64,000 nucleotides of DNA, from the NCBI RefSeq assembly GCF_030028105.1, contig NC_092400.1, positions 18,104,001 to 18,168,000 of the forward strand, given 5' to 3'. Below the pieces are notes generated by a model. The model searched no databases, was not told where the DNA came from, and saw nothing but the letters and a program-made list of their open reading frames with translations. Source of the stretch: Mobula birostris (Eukaryota). The position numbers were made by a program, and so were the translations under genes. This document shows, one piece after another, positions 48,205 through 60,000 of the stretch (its first letter is position 1; every line of letters starts with the position of its first letter).

Positions 48205-49235
48205 GCAGCTTCCATTGCCAGTTCAGAGTACTTGGTCTTTTTCCTCTCATAAGCTTCTTCAACACCATCTTCCCATGGTACTGTCAATCCCACAGCACAT
48301 ACCAGCTTGGCTGTAGTGGACCACAGGACCATGTCTGGCCGGAGTGTTGTAGTCGAAAGTCTGGGGGAAACACAAGCTTTTTTTATCAAGTCCACGTCCA
48401 TTTTCCAATCCCGAGCAACCTGCAGAAAGCTTACCTCTTTTGATGTTATATTGTGCTCTGGACGTTGGCCGGCTGGTACAAATTGTGCAATGTGAACATT
48501 TCTTGCCGATGATTGTGGTGATTTTGTGGTGATTCGCCTCCATTCCAAGATTGATGCCAGCGGTCTGAGAAATTGGTTATGCTGCCAAGTGTACTGCTCC
48601 TGGCTGAGGCTCGTGGTGCATCCTGTTGAAATGTACCTTAGTAATCCAGCTACTTGACAAAGTCTTCTCCCCACCACTAGTTCAGGTTCTGGGGTGTGGG
48701 TAGGAGGTCATAAGTGGCTCTGATGACAAAACTTAGCCGAGATCCCTCCATCTCCCAGATGTCACGCCAGCTGAGTTTCGCCCAATTAATCCACTGGCCC
48801 TGCTTGGCCATTCAGACGGCCCTGGCGTGTCGCTCTGCCTCCTCCTGTCTTCTCAACTCCTCCACCACGAGCCGTCTCTTCTGCACTGATGTTGCCTTGT
48901 GCCATTGAGGAGCCTTTGTGACAAGCCTGAGCCCAGCTGTCCCATGTTAGACTTGGCCAACCACATCCTGAAGCAAAGAGCAAACTTAGCACTCTGAACG
49001 GCTTCAGATGGGGTCCACTTCCTCCCCGTTGCCACATGGGGTGCCACTGTTCGAATAACAGTATCTTCAGATTCAGTGAGGGTAATGACCAACCTTGCTT
49101 TGGTGCATTTGAATTCTTCCGCAAGACTTGCAATTGGTAATTCTAATTTGCCGTTCCCGTACAGTCCAACAGGACTTAAGCATCGTGGAAGTCCAAGCCA
49201 CTGTTTCACATATGCGCTGACCACTCTTTCGAGTG
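48205..49235 (-). mobile_element. Hero-type (R2 superfamily) non-LTR retrotransposon fragment with restriction-like endonuclease
   Basis: KQWLGLPRCLS..GLYG, TGRKW, YTW.HNQ.LR.LA, RPDMVLWS...LTVPWEDGVEEAYERKKTKYSEL. Confidence 0.85.
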
Positions 49236-49319
49236 AAAAATGATACCGTATCCATTAAATAGGGGCCATGGACAATTCTGATTTGATGGAGATGGACATG
49301 AAAGCACAGAGGAACATCT

Positions 49320-49812
49320 GGAGAAATTTCTGAAATGCCAGTTCACTGCTGTTGTTACTGCGCAGTCCAGAATCTCCCGGAGGGAAGGCCTCAAAATCCC
49401 CGGCTTTGCCTGCTGTTGGCAACCGAGATTGAGGTCGAATCGTTCAGACAGAGATGGCGCTCAGTACTCGGTGGCGGAGAGCTGATCGGAGGCTCGAAGT
49501 TTTCGGATGACTCAGAGATGGACTGTGGTTGGGCATGGCAGGGACAGATTTTCTTCCTTCTCCCGTCTGCGTGAGATGTGGGACATTTGAGAGACTTTGA
49601 ACTTTTGACCGTGGTCATGGACTTCTTCATCAAGTTATGGTATTGTTGCACTGTTGTAACTATATGTTATAATTATGTGGTTTTGTCAGTTTTTTCAGTC
49701 TTGGTCTGTCCTGTGTTTTGTGATATCACACTGCAGGAAAGATTGTATCATTTCTTAATGCATGCATTACTAAATGACAATAAAAGAGGACTGCGTGTCT
49801 TCATAATCTAAA
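49320..49812 (+). mobile_element. Short non-autonomous retroelement-like repeat
   Basis: CpG-rich body, GT-rich 3' part, aataaa near the end. Confidence 0.5.
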
Positions 49813-50179
49813 CAAAATAACCAATGGTTTGGGTAAAGAGGTGGGACAAAATGATTAAATAAAAGAAATTCCATGCTGCGGTTCTGGATAGCACACTAGT
49901 ATTAGCTAAGTGTTTAGCTGTTAAAATGCTTCATATTTATTTTGGAATATTGATAAAAAGGCACAAAAAAGGCATATCTACAGATTAATATTGCAGATTT
50001 TTAACTGATATTTCTCTACTTTTTTAATTCTAGTTTTCCTCTTTGAGTTGAGGATGACTCATTTCTGTTCCGCTTAATTGGGTTCCGGGATAGTTGAAGA
50101 GCCCCACCATGGGAAATTCAAACTTTCCCACAGACAAAAAAGCAGGTGTTAAATGATGAGTTGTTTAGGATGCTCTGTG

Positions 50180-50745
50180 TTATTTTCACTGTTTATGCTT
50201 GGTCACCACATACTTTGGTCATACACTTATCCTCAGTACCCCTGAGAAGCCCCTATCCATTTTGAACAGTGATGGGCCAAGGATTCACATGCATTGATGG
50301 GGAATCTATACTTTCTCAAGTAGAGTTTGAAAAGGTCCTTGAATTTTTTTTTGAAAACTTAATCATTCACAATAATGTTGCCTATTTTGGGAGACTGGCA
50401 TGGAACAGATAAGGCTGACTCACTGGAGAAGTTTAAATGTGAGGAGAGCTTCATTGCTGGTGAAGTTGTCCAGGTGAGGAGAACACATCGGTTTACCAAT
50501 AGTATTCTGTGCAGGATTCAGAGGATTTTTATGGAAACCACATTGATGCTACTTCTTCAGTACTTTGTAGTGTCTCCTGTAGGTTGTCCATGTCCTCAAG
50601 ACAAACAGGCAGGTGGGAATCATGGTAAACTTGAGCATGGAGATAATAATGAAGTCTTGCCTTCAAATGATCCTCTCTATGTGGACCAAGGAATGAGTGA
50701 GCACATTAAAGGTGTGGGAGATTTTGCAGATTTGCTAAAGGCTTA
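50180..50745 (-). mobile_element. Ancient RTE-clade LINE remnant
   Basis: Minus strand TWTTYRRHYKVLKK*HQC (cf. ETWTxYRRHxKxLExxHQ). Confidence 0.6.
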
Positions 50746-51443
50746 AATGAATGTACAAGAAGTAATCAAGGGAATGTCACAATGTCACTCTTTTTTTGCC
50801 AAGGAAATTGAACACAAATATTGGGAGATCATGCTTCATTGATATCAGCAGCTGTTGAGATCATATCTGGAGGATGGAGTATAATGTGGATCTCCAATTT
50901 GAAAGTGTTGGAAGTGTTTCCGAGAAAGTATATTCGACTAAAACTTGAAATGTGATGATTATCTTATAAGGAAAGGTCGGAAGACCTGGAATGTATCTGC
51001 TGGAGTTTAGAAGAGAGAAAGGTGAATTGATTAAAAACATAACAGCTCACATGGTCTTGACAGGATGAATGTGGAAGGGACATTTCTTCATTATGAGAAT
51101 CCAGAACTAAAGATAACTTGTTAAAATTAAGATTTTCTCTACTTAAGACAACACTCAACTTGCCTCACTTCCATTATGATAACTCTGAAACTCTGTACAA
51201 TGTGCAGAATTTGTAGTAATTCATTTTGCAAATGGATCAGTTTAGTAAGGAGCTCTTGGTTCCGGTTCACAATCAGCAACCATGTGACCAAATAACCACT
51301 AACTTCAGATAAAACCTCCTGAATATTCTGGGTTTGTTTTAGCTACACCCATAAACTATGACATATTATGGAAATACTCTTTAATAGACTGCGTTCTTTC
51401 GCTTCCTCCCACACCTCTTGTAACATTTGCAACTCTCTCCACG

Positions 51444-52490
51444 ATGGATAATGAAACACATGTATGCCCTTTAGTCAAGGAAATTTATTCAGCCTACAAT
51501 CCACCGATACTTATTTTAACATTTATCTTTGGATTAACTGGAAATATGATTGCCTTGTGGATTTTCTGTTTTCACGTTAAATCCTGGAGACCAAACACCG
51601 TCTATTCACTGTGCCTGGCGATTGCCGACACTCTGCTGATCTGCTGTCTGCCATTTCGAGCCGATTACTACATACGTGGGAAGAACTGGATTTTTGGTGA
51701 TGTTGTGTGCCGTCTGAAGATATACCTGATGTTTCTGAACCGGACAGAGAGCGTTGTTTTCCTTACAGTTATGGCACTTGATCGCTATTTCAAAGTGATC
51801 CATCCTCACCATAACGTGAACAAGATCTCTACAAGGACTGCAGTGAAGGTATCACTGGTTCTCTGGTTTCTAACAATGTTGATTTGTTTGCACTTTCTGG
51901 TAGAACCTCGTACCTTCACACATCACAATGTAACTCACTGTGAGCCATTTAACATAACTCAGCCTCTAAGCCCCACAGCATTTTGGACTAATAATATTTT
52001 CATTGTTTTCAAGTTTATTTTACCAGCTTCAGTGATCCTGTTCTCCACATGCTGTATTATCTGGAGGCTGAAGCAGATGAAATCTGAAATGAGGGTTAAA
52101 TATGAACGAGCTATGAGGCTTGTGATAGTTGTGGCGGTAGTGTTTCTCATCTGCTTCCTACCGAGCAATATTGCTGTAATCGCCGTTTTAATTTCAAGCA
52201 ATTTAAAAGACTGTAAGTTATTTGACATCTGCGCTCAGATATTCTACAATACACTGTGCATAACCTATTTGAACAGTGTGCTGGACCCGGTTATTTACTA
52301 CTTCTCAAGTTCAACATTTAAAGAAACTTTGAAGAAAGCTCTTATTTCTCATAATATCAGATTATTCAGATCAGGAACAAAGCAACCATTACATCCAAAG
52401 CAAGAAATCCAACAAGCTGTTGAACCTAAAAGGTCTTCAAGTTGCAATACCTTTAATCATTTTCAAACGGAGTCAACAGGGAGTATATGA
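51444..52490 (+). CDS. Hydroxycarboxylic acid receptor / oxoeicosanoid receptor-like class A GPCR, divergent copy 4 (348 aa)
   Basis: Intronless 7TM ORF: ALWIFCFHVKSWRPNTVY, LPFRADYY, NRTESVVFL..DRY, CEPF, CFLPS, YLNSVLDPVIYYFSS. Confidence 0.96.
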   Translation: MDNETHVCPLVKEIYSAYNPPILILTFIFGLTGNMIALWIFCFHVKSWRPNTVYSLCLAIADTLLICCLPFRADYYIRGKNWIFGDVVCRLKIYLMFLNRTESVVFLTVMALDRYFKVIHPHHNVNKISTRTAVKVSLVLWFLTMLICLHFLVEPRTFTHHNVTHCEPFNITQPLSPTAFWTNNIFIVFKFILPASVILFSTCCIIWRLKQMKSEMRVKYERAMRLVIVVAVVFLICFLPSNIAVIAVLISSNLKDCKLFDICAQIFYNTLCITYLNSVLDPVIYYFSSSTFKETLKKALISHNIRLFRSGTKQPLHPKQEIQQAVEPKRSSSCNTFNHFQTESTGSI

Positions 52491-52854
52491 AGCTCAGCCA
52501 GTTATCTGCGTAATTTTTTCATATTTTCTCAGGAAGAAATGTGGCGATTATGTGCTGTATGAAATTACTTGCATTTATCTTATCTCTCTTTCATTGGGAC
52601 TATGATGACTGATCCCTCAGGTTTCTCAGATAAAGTTTCTACGATTACTCACAACCAGCAACACTCATTTAGCCCCTTTACATGTTGCTAGAGAATATGA
52701 TGTCAACATACAATCTCATTGATCACATGATGGATTTCTATGGAACTTTGCCAGGATCAAAGAGGACATGGTAAAGAAATAGGATGAATGTTTTGATAAA
52801 AAAAAGGGGAATCTGCCTAATATTAAACTTTCAATCATCTCCACTAAAAAATGT

Positions 52855-52881
52855 TGTGTGTGTGTGTGTGTGTGTGTGTGT
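52855..52881. repeat. (TG)n microsatellite downstream of copy 4
   Basis: About 13 TG units. Confidence 0.95.
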
Positions 52882-53182
52882 ATCAAGTTTGTTGTAATTT
52901 GTTTTATAACCAATTGTTTATTGCAAACTATAAAAGCATTTCCAATAGATTGTAATCAGTGTATGCATTCCTGATATTGATTTAACACTTTGGGGAATTT
53001 GGTTCTTTTCTGCTGCTGTTTCATTGAAATATGTAATGCACAGATGCCAGTTAACGTATTTGTCCTGTGCCGGTACTTTAAAACAAATTTCCAACCTGTG
53101 CCATGCCTCCCCTCCATAACGCTGCCTCTAGTTTCCCCCCCCCCCCCCCCCGGAAGTGATTATGGGAAGTTATCAAATCATA

Positions 53183-53283
53183 TGCAACACACACAAAATT
53201 CTGGAGGAACTCAGCAGGTCAGGCAGTATCCATGGAGGGGAATAAACAGTTGACATTTTGGGTCAAGACCCATCATCAGGACA
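53183..53283 (-). mobile_element. Penelope terminus with a decayed hammerhead motif
   Basis: Reverse complement gtc CTGATGA t gggt-cttg-accc AAAAT GTC aactg. Confidence 0.7.
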
Positions 53284-53984
53284 AGTGAAGCTCAAGAACC
53301 GTAGCATCTGCAGTAACTCATACTCTGTTGGCCAAATCGTATTCTGTGACTGATGTGCTTTCAGATATTTTGGACTAATGTGTGGCAGAGCCTACTGGGA
53401 GATCTATGTCTTGTTTGCATGGATTCAGAAATTGGGCACTTCTATTTACTGATGGCTGAAACTAGTCAAAGACATCTCTAACTGGTGTAGTAGCTACACC
53501 AAGCCCATCGTGCCTAAGTTTGTCGTGCTGGATAATCCTCCATCTGGAACTGTCAGTACAACTGAATACCAGTAACACTATTGTCATATGTTTAATTTTA
53601 AAACAATTTGGATAAGACATCTAGAATGATTAATTTGTCATATATGTGAACTGCTCAGTGTCTGATAGTTTTAATGTACTCAATAATGAATGGCTGTCAT
53701 TTACACATCAGAACCTTATCAAGGCTGTTTTAGACATATCTCAATTTATTTCTACTTTGCATTTTGAACTGGACACGAGTTGTAATTATCTAAATATGAA
53801 TATGCAAATAATAAAACTACTTGATTAATTTTAATTTTTACTCTTTCCTCCAATTCAAAATAGGTAAGCCATGTGATTTTATCTGTGATTCACGTGTGAA
53901 GTTAGGCATGGCAGAACAACTGCTGTCACGCAATCATCAACTGAGTCTCCATGCCCCTATTAGCCTACCACAGCTCTACTTTTC

Positions 53985-55255
53985 CAATTAAATAGATACT
54001 TAACTGATCCCAAAGGAAATTACAGTGTCACAGTAACATTGCATGCACAGATATACAAATATTATAAGTAGAAAGAATAAAAAATAAGTTACCTTAAACA
54101 GTCTAACAGGAGGAGGTCATCTCTTCCCCTGCTATAGGTTGACTCATCATACAGCCTGATGGCCGAGGGTAAGAGTGACCCCATATAGCACACTTTGCAG
54201 CAGCACAGCTGCCTTAGCCTATTACTGAAAGTGTTCCTCTGTTCAGCCAAGGTGGTATGCAGAAGGTGAGAAACATCATCTAGAATTGCCAGGATTTTCC
54301 GTAGGGTCCTTTGTTCTACCACAGCCTCCGGTGTGTCGAGTTTGACTCCTATAATAGAGCCAGCCTTTCTAATCAGTTTATTGAGCCTGTTGGCATCACC
54401 CGTGTTGACGCCATTGCCCCAGCACACCACTGCAAAGAAGATTGTACTGGCGTCAACAGACTGGTAGAACATGTGAAGTTGAGGCCTGCGTACTCCAAAG
54501 AACTTCAGTCTCCTCAGGAAGTAGAGGCAACTCTGGCCTTTCTTGTACACAGCCTCCGGTGTTGGTGCTCTACTCAAGTCTGTCATCCAGGTGCACCCTC
54601 AGGTACTTGCAGGTCCTCAGCACATCCACATCTTCACCATCAATGGTAACAGGGAGCAGTGCAGGCTTGGTCTTCCTAAAGTCCATCATCACCTCCTTTG
54701 TCTTACTGATGTTGTGCTTCAGATAATTCAGTTTGAACCATCTGACTAAGTCCTCCACCAGGGCCTGTATTCATCCTCCTGTCCTCCCTTTATACACCTA
54801 CTATTGCTGTCATCACAGAATTTCTGCAGACGACATGACGCAGTGTTGTATCTAAAGTCTGAGGTTTTCAGGGTAAACAGGAATGAAGCCATTACAGTCC
54901 ACTGTGGGGTCCCAGTGCCGCTTATAGCCATGTCTGACACAAAGCCCTGAAGACGCACAGACTGTGGTCTGCTGGTCAAGGTAGTCCATTATCCAGGAAG
55001 TGCCAACCTGCATTGAATGGAGATTTTCCCACATCAATGAGGGCTGTGTGGTATTGAAGGCACTTGAGAAATCAAAAACCATGATTGTCACAGTGCTGCC
55101 CTGCTTATCCAAATAGGAGTAGGCTCTGTTCAGCGGATAGATGACAGCATTGTTCATTCCGGTGTGCAGGGGATTGAGGGCTGACGTGACCAGGGGTCGG
55201 AGGTGAGCCAGAGCCAGCCTCTCTAGGATTTACAAGATGTATGAGGTCTGCACGG
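53985..55255 (-). mobile_element. Rex1/Babar-clade LINE, 5'-truncated
   Basis: STVTIMVFDFSSAFNT, NISKTKEVMMDFRK, KKGQSCLYFLRRLK. Confidence 0.9.
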
Positions 55256-55300
55256 TAATCATTCAAGAATTATTGGAACCCAGGTTAATTAATTCAAAGA

Positions 55301-56447
55301 TGTAATGTTAGAAAGTTCTACCTGAAGAGGGGTGAAAACGAGGATGAAAAAATTTTTTTAAAAAACGCTATGCGAGGGCGGGGCGGGCCGGACGCAGCCA
55401 CGGACAAGGGGAGAAACGAAGCAACGATTAGAAGCTGAAGATATAAATTGTTAAGAGTGGAATTACTAGTGAGTATCTTTACCATACTAAATAGAAAATC
55501 TCAGGGTGAAACCCTGGAGAAGTGGCCATAGCGAAAAAAGATTTTTTGAAGCTACGACTATAACCCGCAGCAGCTACAACGGGACAATATCAGCAGTGAC
55601 GAGTGTCCAAAATCCCTACCGTGTAGTCGGGAATTAATTCTGCAAAATTATACCAAGGTATATGGTCAAATTTTTGTACAAGTTTATGAACTGACTTACC
55701 GTGGATGATCAACTATTGCAATCCAATGGACCAAGAAACAAGAAGACGAGCCAGCGCGGGAACGAAATGCTTAATAATGCAGAGGATTTAATTCGGTTAT
55801 GAATTATAAGAAGTATAAGATTATTCTCATTCGAAGAATTCGAATTTGATTTTCTGCAAGAACTAATTATTTTTGCAAAAGCTTTGATTAGTTACTGAGT
55901 GAAATTTACCTTATTTAAGAGTTGTGACGTTGGAGAATTGTCGTGAAAGGAGTTAAGCTGCATAGATATATATTTTTTGAAATTGAATTCAAACTTGTAG
56001 ATATGCTGCCTGGAACTGAAACTGAAGGTAACTATAATATTTGAGAACAGGAATTATATAGTTTTCTAATTAACTAGGGATAAGTAAAAAGGAAAGTTTA
56101 GTCTATAAACTTTAAATAGGGAATAACACTTGTTAGAGAGATTAGAGTAATAAAGGAATCTCACTGATTCTAATTAAAAAGGAATTAGTTGTGGTTTGAT
56201 ATTTAAGATTTGGAACCTAAAGAGAATGTTGGAATTTTGAATTGTTCTTGCTCATGTAAATATTTTGTACATATAGTTTTATTTCTTACAAAGAACCTTA
56301 TCTCCATAGTGTGTGGTTTCTATTCACTTCCTCCTTCTGATACCTAGCATCTTCTGATGGCCTACTAGCACCTAATGTAATTTGATTTTCTCAAAGAGTG
56401 TGGTGACTAGTTACACACGATAAGACCGGTGCTACACAGGTGTTACA
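55301..56447. mobile_element. Possible LTR-like repeat
   Basis: tgtaat...gttaca termini and a compositional shift; no matching TSD found. Confidence 0.35.
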
Positions 56448-57389
56448 CTTTGGTTGGCCCTTCTTGGGTACTGGGACCACACATAATATTTTCCACACAG
56501 CTGTGACCTTTTCCAGGCTGAGACTCGGAAAAAGAGCTGGAGAACTCCACACAACTGCTCAGCACACTCCCTCAGGAGCCTGGGGTTCATACTCAACTTG
56601 CACACTCAAATTATGCACTCAGCATACAACTGGGCTAAGTTAGACTGAGGATTATGAGCTGCAGCCATTATCAGGATCAGTAGAAGCCTCTGGAAACAGG
56701 GTGCACCTCGAACTGGAGAATTTCACCTCCCAGGTCAAAAGCAGAAAATTAATTTTGCAATTTGCTTTAGCCTTCTCCCTGTAGAAACTCAGATGGTACT
56801 AAAACAATAACATCATCAGTGGATAAATCATGCTTTGCATCCCCAACCGTATGCACAAACACTATTTGGTAGATGTGACATTTACTATCAGAGCATTGAT
56901 CTGCACAAATTGGAAATTTTAGGGAGGATCTTCTCAAGCTATTTCTCTCCTCCAATGAAACACACCCACAGCAGTAATGCTAAGAGAATGTGGGTGAGCT
57001 TACTGAGGAAATGTGTAGACATGGGGAGCAGAAGCAAATGTCAGCTTTGCAGCACATTTTGAACTAGCCTCTATGGTCAACATTGCTCATTTTGTACAGG
57101 GGTGATAGCCATGCTCAAGCCTTGCAGCATTGCCTCCCAGTAGAAAATCTCAATTATATCAGCCGGGCAGCAGTATGGGTAAATATTAACAGGTGGCTCA
57201 CACTTCTGGAAAGGGTGACAGTGAATTCATTACCTTTGACAGTGAGAGGTTTGACTATTTACAGAGTTACTGGTTTTGCAGGGTCAAGGGAGATTTGAAA
57301 AGGTATTTTTGATCCTACACTTTTTTAAAACTCTGAATAAATAACGTTAAGAGAACATGGAATGGTATGGGTAAATAACTAATTTATTC

Positions 57390-57800
57390 CCAGCTCTATA
57401 CTGCATCATGGAGACCATCCTCACCCCATTACCATCTGCTTTGGTGCAGTATCCTCTAACAATATAGAAAAAGTACAGCGAACTCTCAGGACATCAGAAG
57501 AGGTCATTAGCTGTGATTTACCATTACTGCAGGACTTGTATGTGTGCAGGACCGAGAAGCAGATAGGAAAAATAATTGCGGACACTACCCACGCAGCAAA
57601 CCATCATTTTCTAATGTTGCTATTGGAAAAGTACTATAGAGATATTAAAGCAAAAACTTCACACCGGGTATCGGCCCGAAACGTCGACTGTACCTCTTCC
57701 TATAGATGCTGCCTGGCCTGCTGCGTTCACCAGCATTTTTTATGTGTTACCATCTTAAAAGTTCCTTCTCCAGGCAAGTAATCTGATCATTCTCGCTCAC
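57390..57800 (+). mobile_element. Degenerate Rex1-like 3' region with a nested Penelope terminus (57665-57746)
   Basis: KIIADTTHAANHHFLMLLLEKYYRDIKAKT; nested ggcccgaaacgtcgactg. Confidence 0.65.
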
Positions 57801-57964
57801 AACTCTGTTGCTCCTCTATCTATTACCTCAATCTCTACACTGCATTGTACACACCTTAAGCCACTTTTTATAGTGCTGTTCACATGCAGGTATTCATACA
57901 CACACACACGCACGCGTGCACTATATATAACTTCATTTTTATATAGTTCTTTGTAATGAGACTG

Positions 57965-59435
57965 TAAGAACATAAGACATAGGAACAGAATTAGGCCATT
58001 GAGTCTGTTTCTTCATTCAATCATGGCTTGATCGGTTTTACCTCTCCACCCCGTTCTTCTGCCTTCTCCCTGTAACCTTTGGTGCCCTTACTAATCAAAA
58101 ACCTATCAATCTTGGCTTTAAATATACCCAACGACTTCTCCTCCACAACCATCTGTGGCAGTGAATTCCACAGATTCACTCCTCTCTAGCTAAAGAAATT
58201 CCTTCTCACCTGTCTTCTAATTTGACACCCTTCTATTCTGAAGGTGTGCTCCCTGCTCCTTGGCACACCCAATATAGGAAACTTACTCTCCTCCACTCTA
58301 CCTAAGCCTTTCAATATGCATTAGGTTTCAATGGGATCTCCCCTCATTTTGCAAAACTAGCACATATGGACCCAGAGCTATTTAATACTCCTCATACATT
58401 AATTCTTTAATTCCCAGGATTATTCTCATGAACCTCTCTGGACCCATTCAATAATTGTTGAATGTTGTTGTTTTTTAAGACCGTAAGGCAAAAGGAGCAG
58501 AATTAGGCCATCTGGCCCATTGAGTCTGCTCCACCATTCAATCATGGCTCATCAATTTTTTTTCTCCTCAGCTCCAGTTCCCGGCCTTCTCCCCGTAACC
58601 TTTGATGCCATATCCAATCAAGAATCTATCAATCTCTCCCTTAAATACGTCCAATGACCTGGCCTCCACAGCTACATGTGGCAACAAATTCCACAAATTC
58701 ACCACCCTTTGGCTAAAGAAATTTCTCCGCACCTCTGTTTTGAAAGAGTGCCCCTCTATCCTGAGTGTGTGCCCTCTTGTCCTAGACTCTCCCACCATGG
58801 GAAACATCCTTTCCACATCTACTCTGTCTAGGACTTTCAACATTCAAAAAGTTTCAGTAAGATTCCCCTCTTCCTTCTGAATTCCAGAAAACACAGACCC
58901 AGAGCCATCAAACGTTCCTCATATGATAACCCTTCATTCTTGAAATCATTCTTGTGAACCTCCTCTGGACCCCCTCCCATGCCAGCACATCATTTCTAAG
59001 ATGAGGGGCCCAAAACTGTTCACAATACTCAAGGTGAGGGCTCACCAGTGCCTTATAAAGCCTCAGCATCACATCCGTGCTCTCGTATTTCAGAACTCTT
59101 GAATTGAATACTAACATGGCATTTGCCTTCCTCACCACTGACACAACCTGCAAGTTAACCTTCAGGGTGTTCCGCACAAGGATTCACAAGTCCCTCTGCA
59201 TCTCAGATTCCTGGATTTTCTTCCGTTAAGAAAATAGTCCGCACACTTATTTCAGCTATCAAAGTGCATGACCATGCATTTTCCAACATTGTATTTCATT
59301 TGCCACTTTCTTGCCCATTCTCCTAATCTGTCTAAGTCCTGCATCCTCCGTTTCCTCAACGCTACCTGCCCCTCCGCCAATCTTCATATCATCTGCATAC
59401 TTGGTAACAAAGCCGACTTTCCATCATCTAATCAT
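57965..59435 (-). mobile_element. Two adjacent CR1 3' fragments
   Basis: LRLYKALVSPHLEYCEQFWAPH; ESRTRGHTLRI..RRNFFSQRVVNLWNLLP. Confidence 0.9.
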
Positions 59436-60000
59436 TTACATACTGTAAGATCTTCAAGATGGTGCCAACAAACAACACAACCAACAGCGACATCCTGCAG
59501 ACAGTTCACAAAACTATTTCTTTTGCTTCCTCCTTCAGATATGATTCTACTACTAACCTGTGTGTGATTGGAACCCATGACGTATATTTTGATTGTATGT
59601 TTTTGAACCGATTGAGTGAACTGGCACTTTATTGTCTCCAAGGGAGCCCAGGGAGATTCGGAGCAGTGTGCGCAGCCTGGAGGCCTGGAGCCCATGATTG
59701 ACTCCATTGCTCCTCTCTGACTGAAGCGTCAAGGGTACCAGCTCATGATTGACTCCATTGCTTTTCTCCAGTTGAGACCTCGAGCAAGGTTGAGGTCAAC
59801 GAGGATGAGAGCTGAGGATGGGCGAATGTTCAGCGCCACCTGCCTGCGTTTGACCTGTTTTCCTCTCCCTATCGCAAGATGCTGCCGGAGGAAAGTGCAG
59901 GAGTCTTCTCATCCATGTTGCAAGGATTGATCAGGGAGGCCGAGGACTGATTTTGGGGGACTTTGGGGTTCATGTTGCACGTGTTCCTGGATTCTGGGTA

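Noticed and set aside
50375-50746. 123-aa ORF upstream of copy 4 as a possible coding exon
   Set aside because: Opposite strand of a decayed RTE remnant; copy 4 has its own complete N-terminus
3092-52490. Assigning HCAR1, HCAR2 or OXER1 gene symbols
   Set aside because: Motifs are mixed between HCAR and OXER1 and no flanking syntenic gene is in the window; orthology needs a phylogeny
53134-53151. Poly-C tracts (also 13451, 13618, 30957) as functional G-quadruplexes
   Set aside because: Homopolymers, mostly inside TEs, with lengths prone to sequencing error; no supporting evidence
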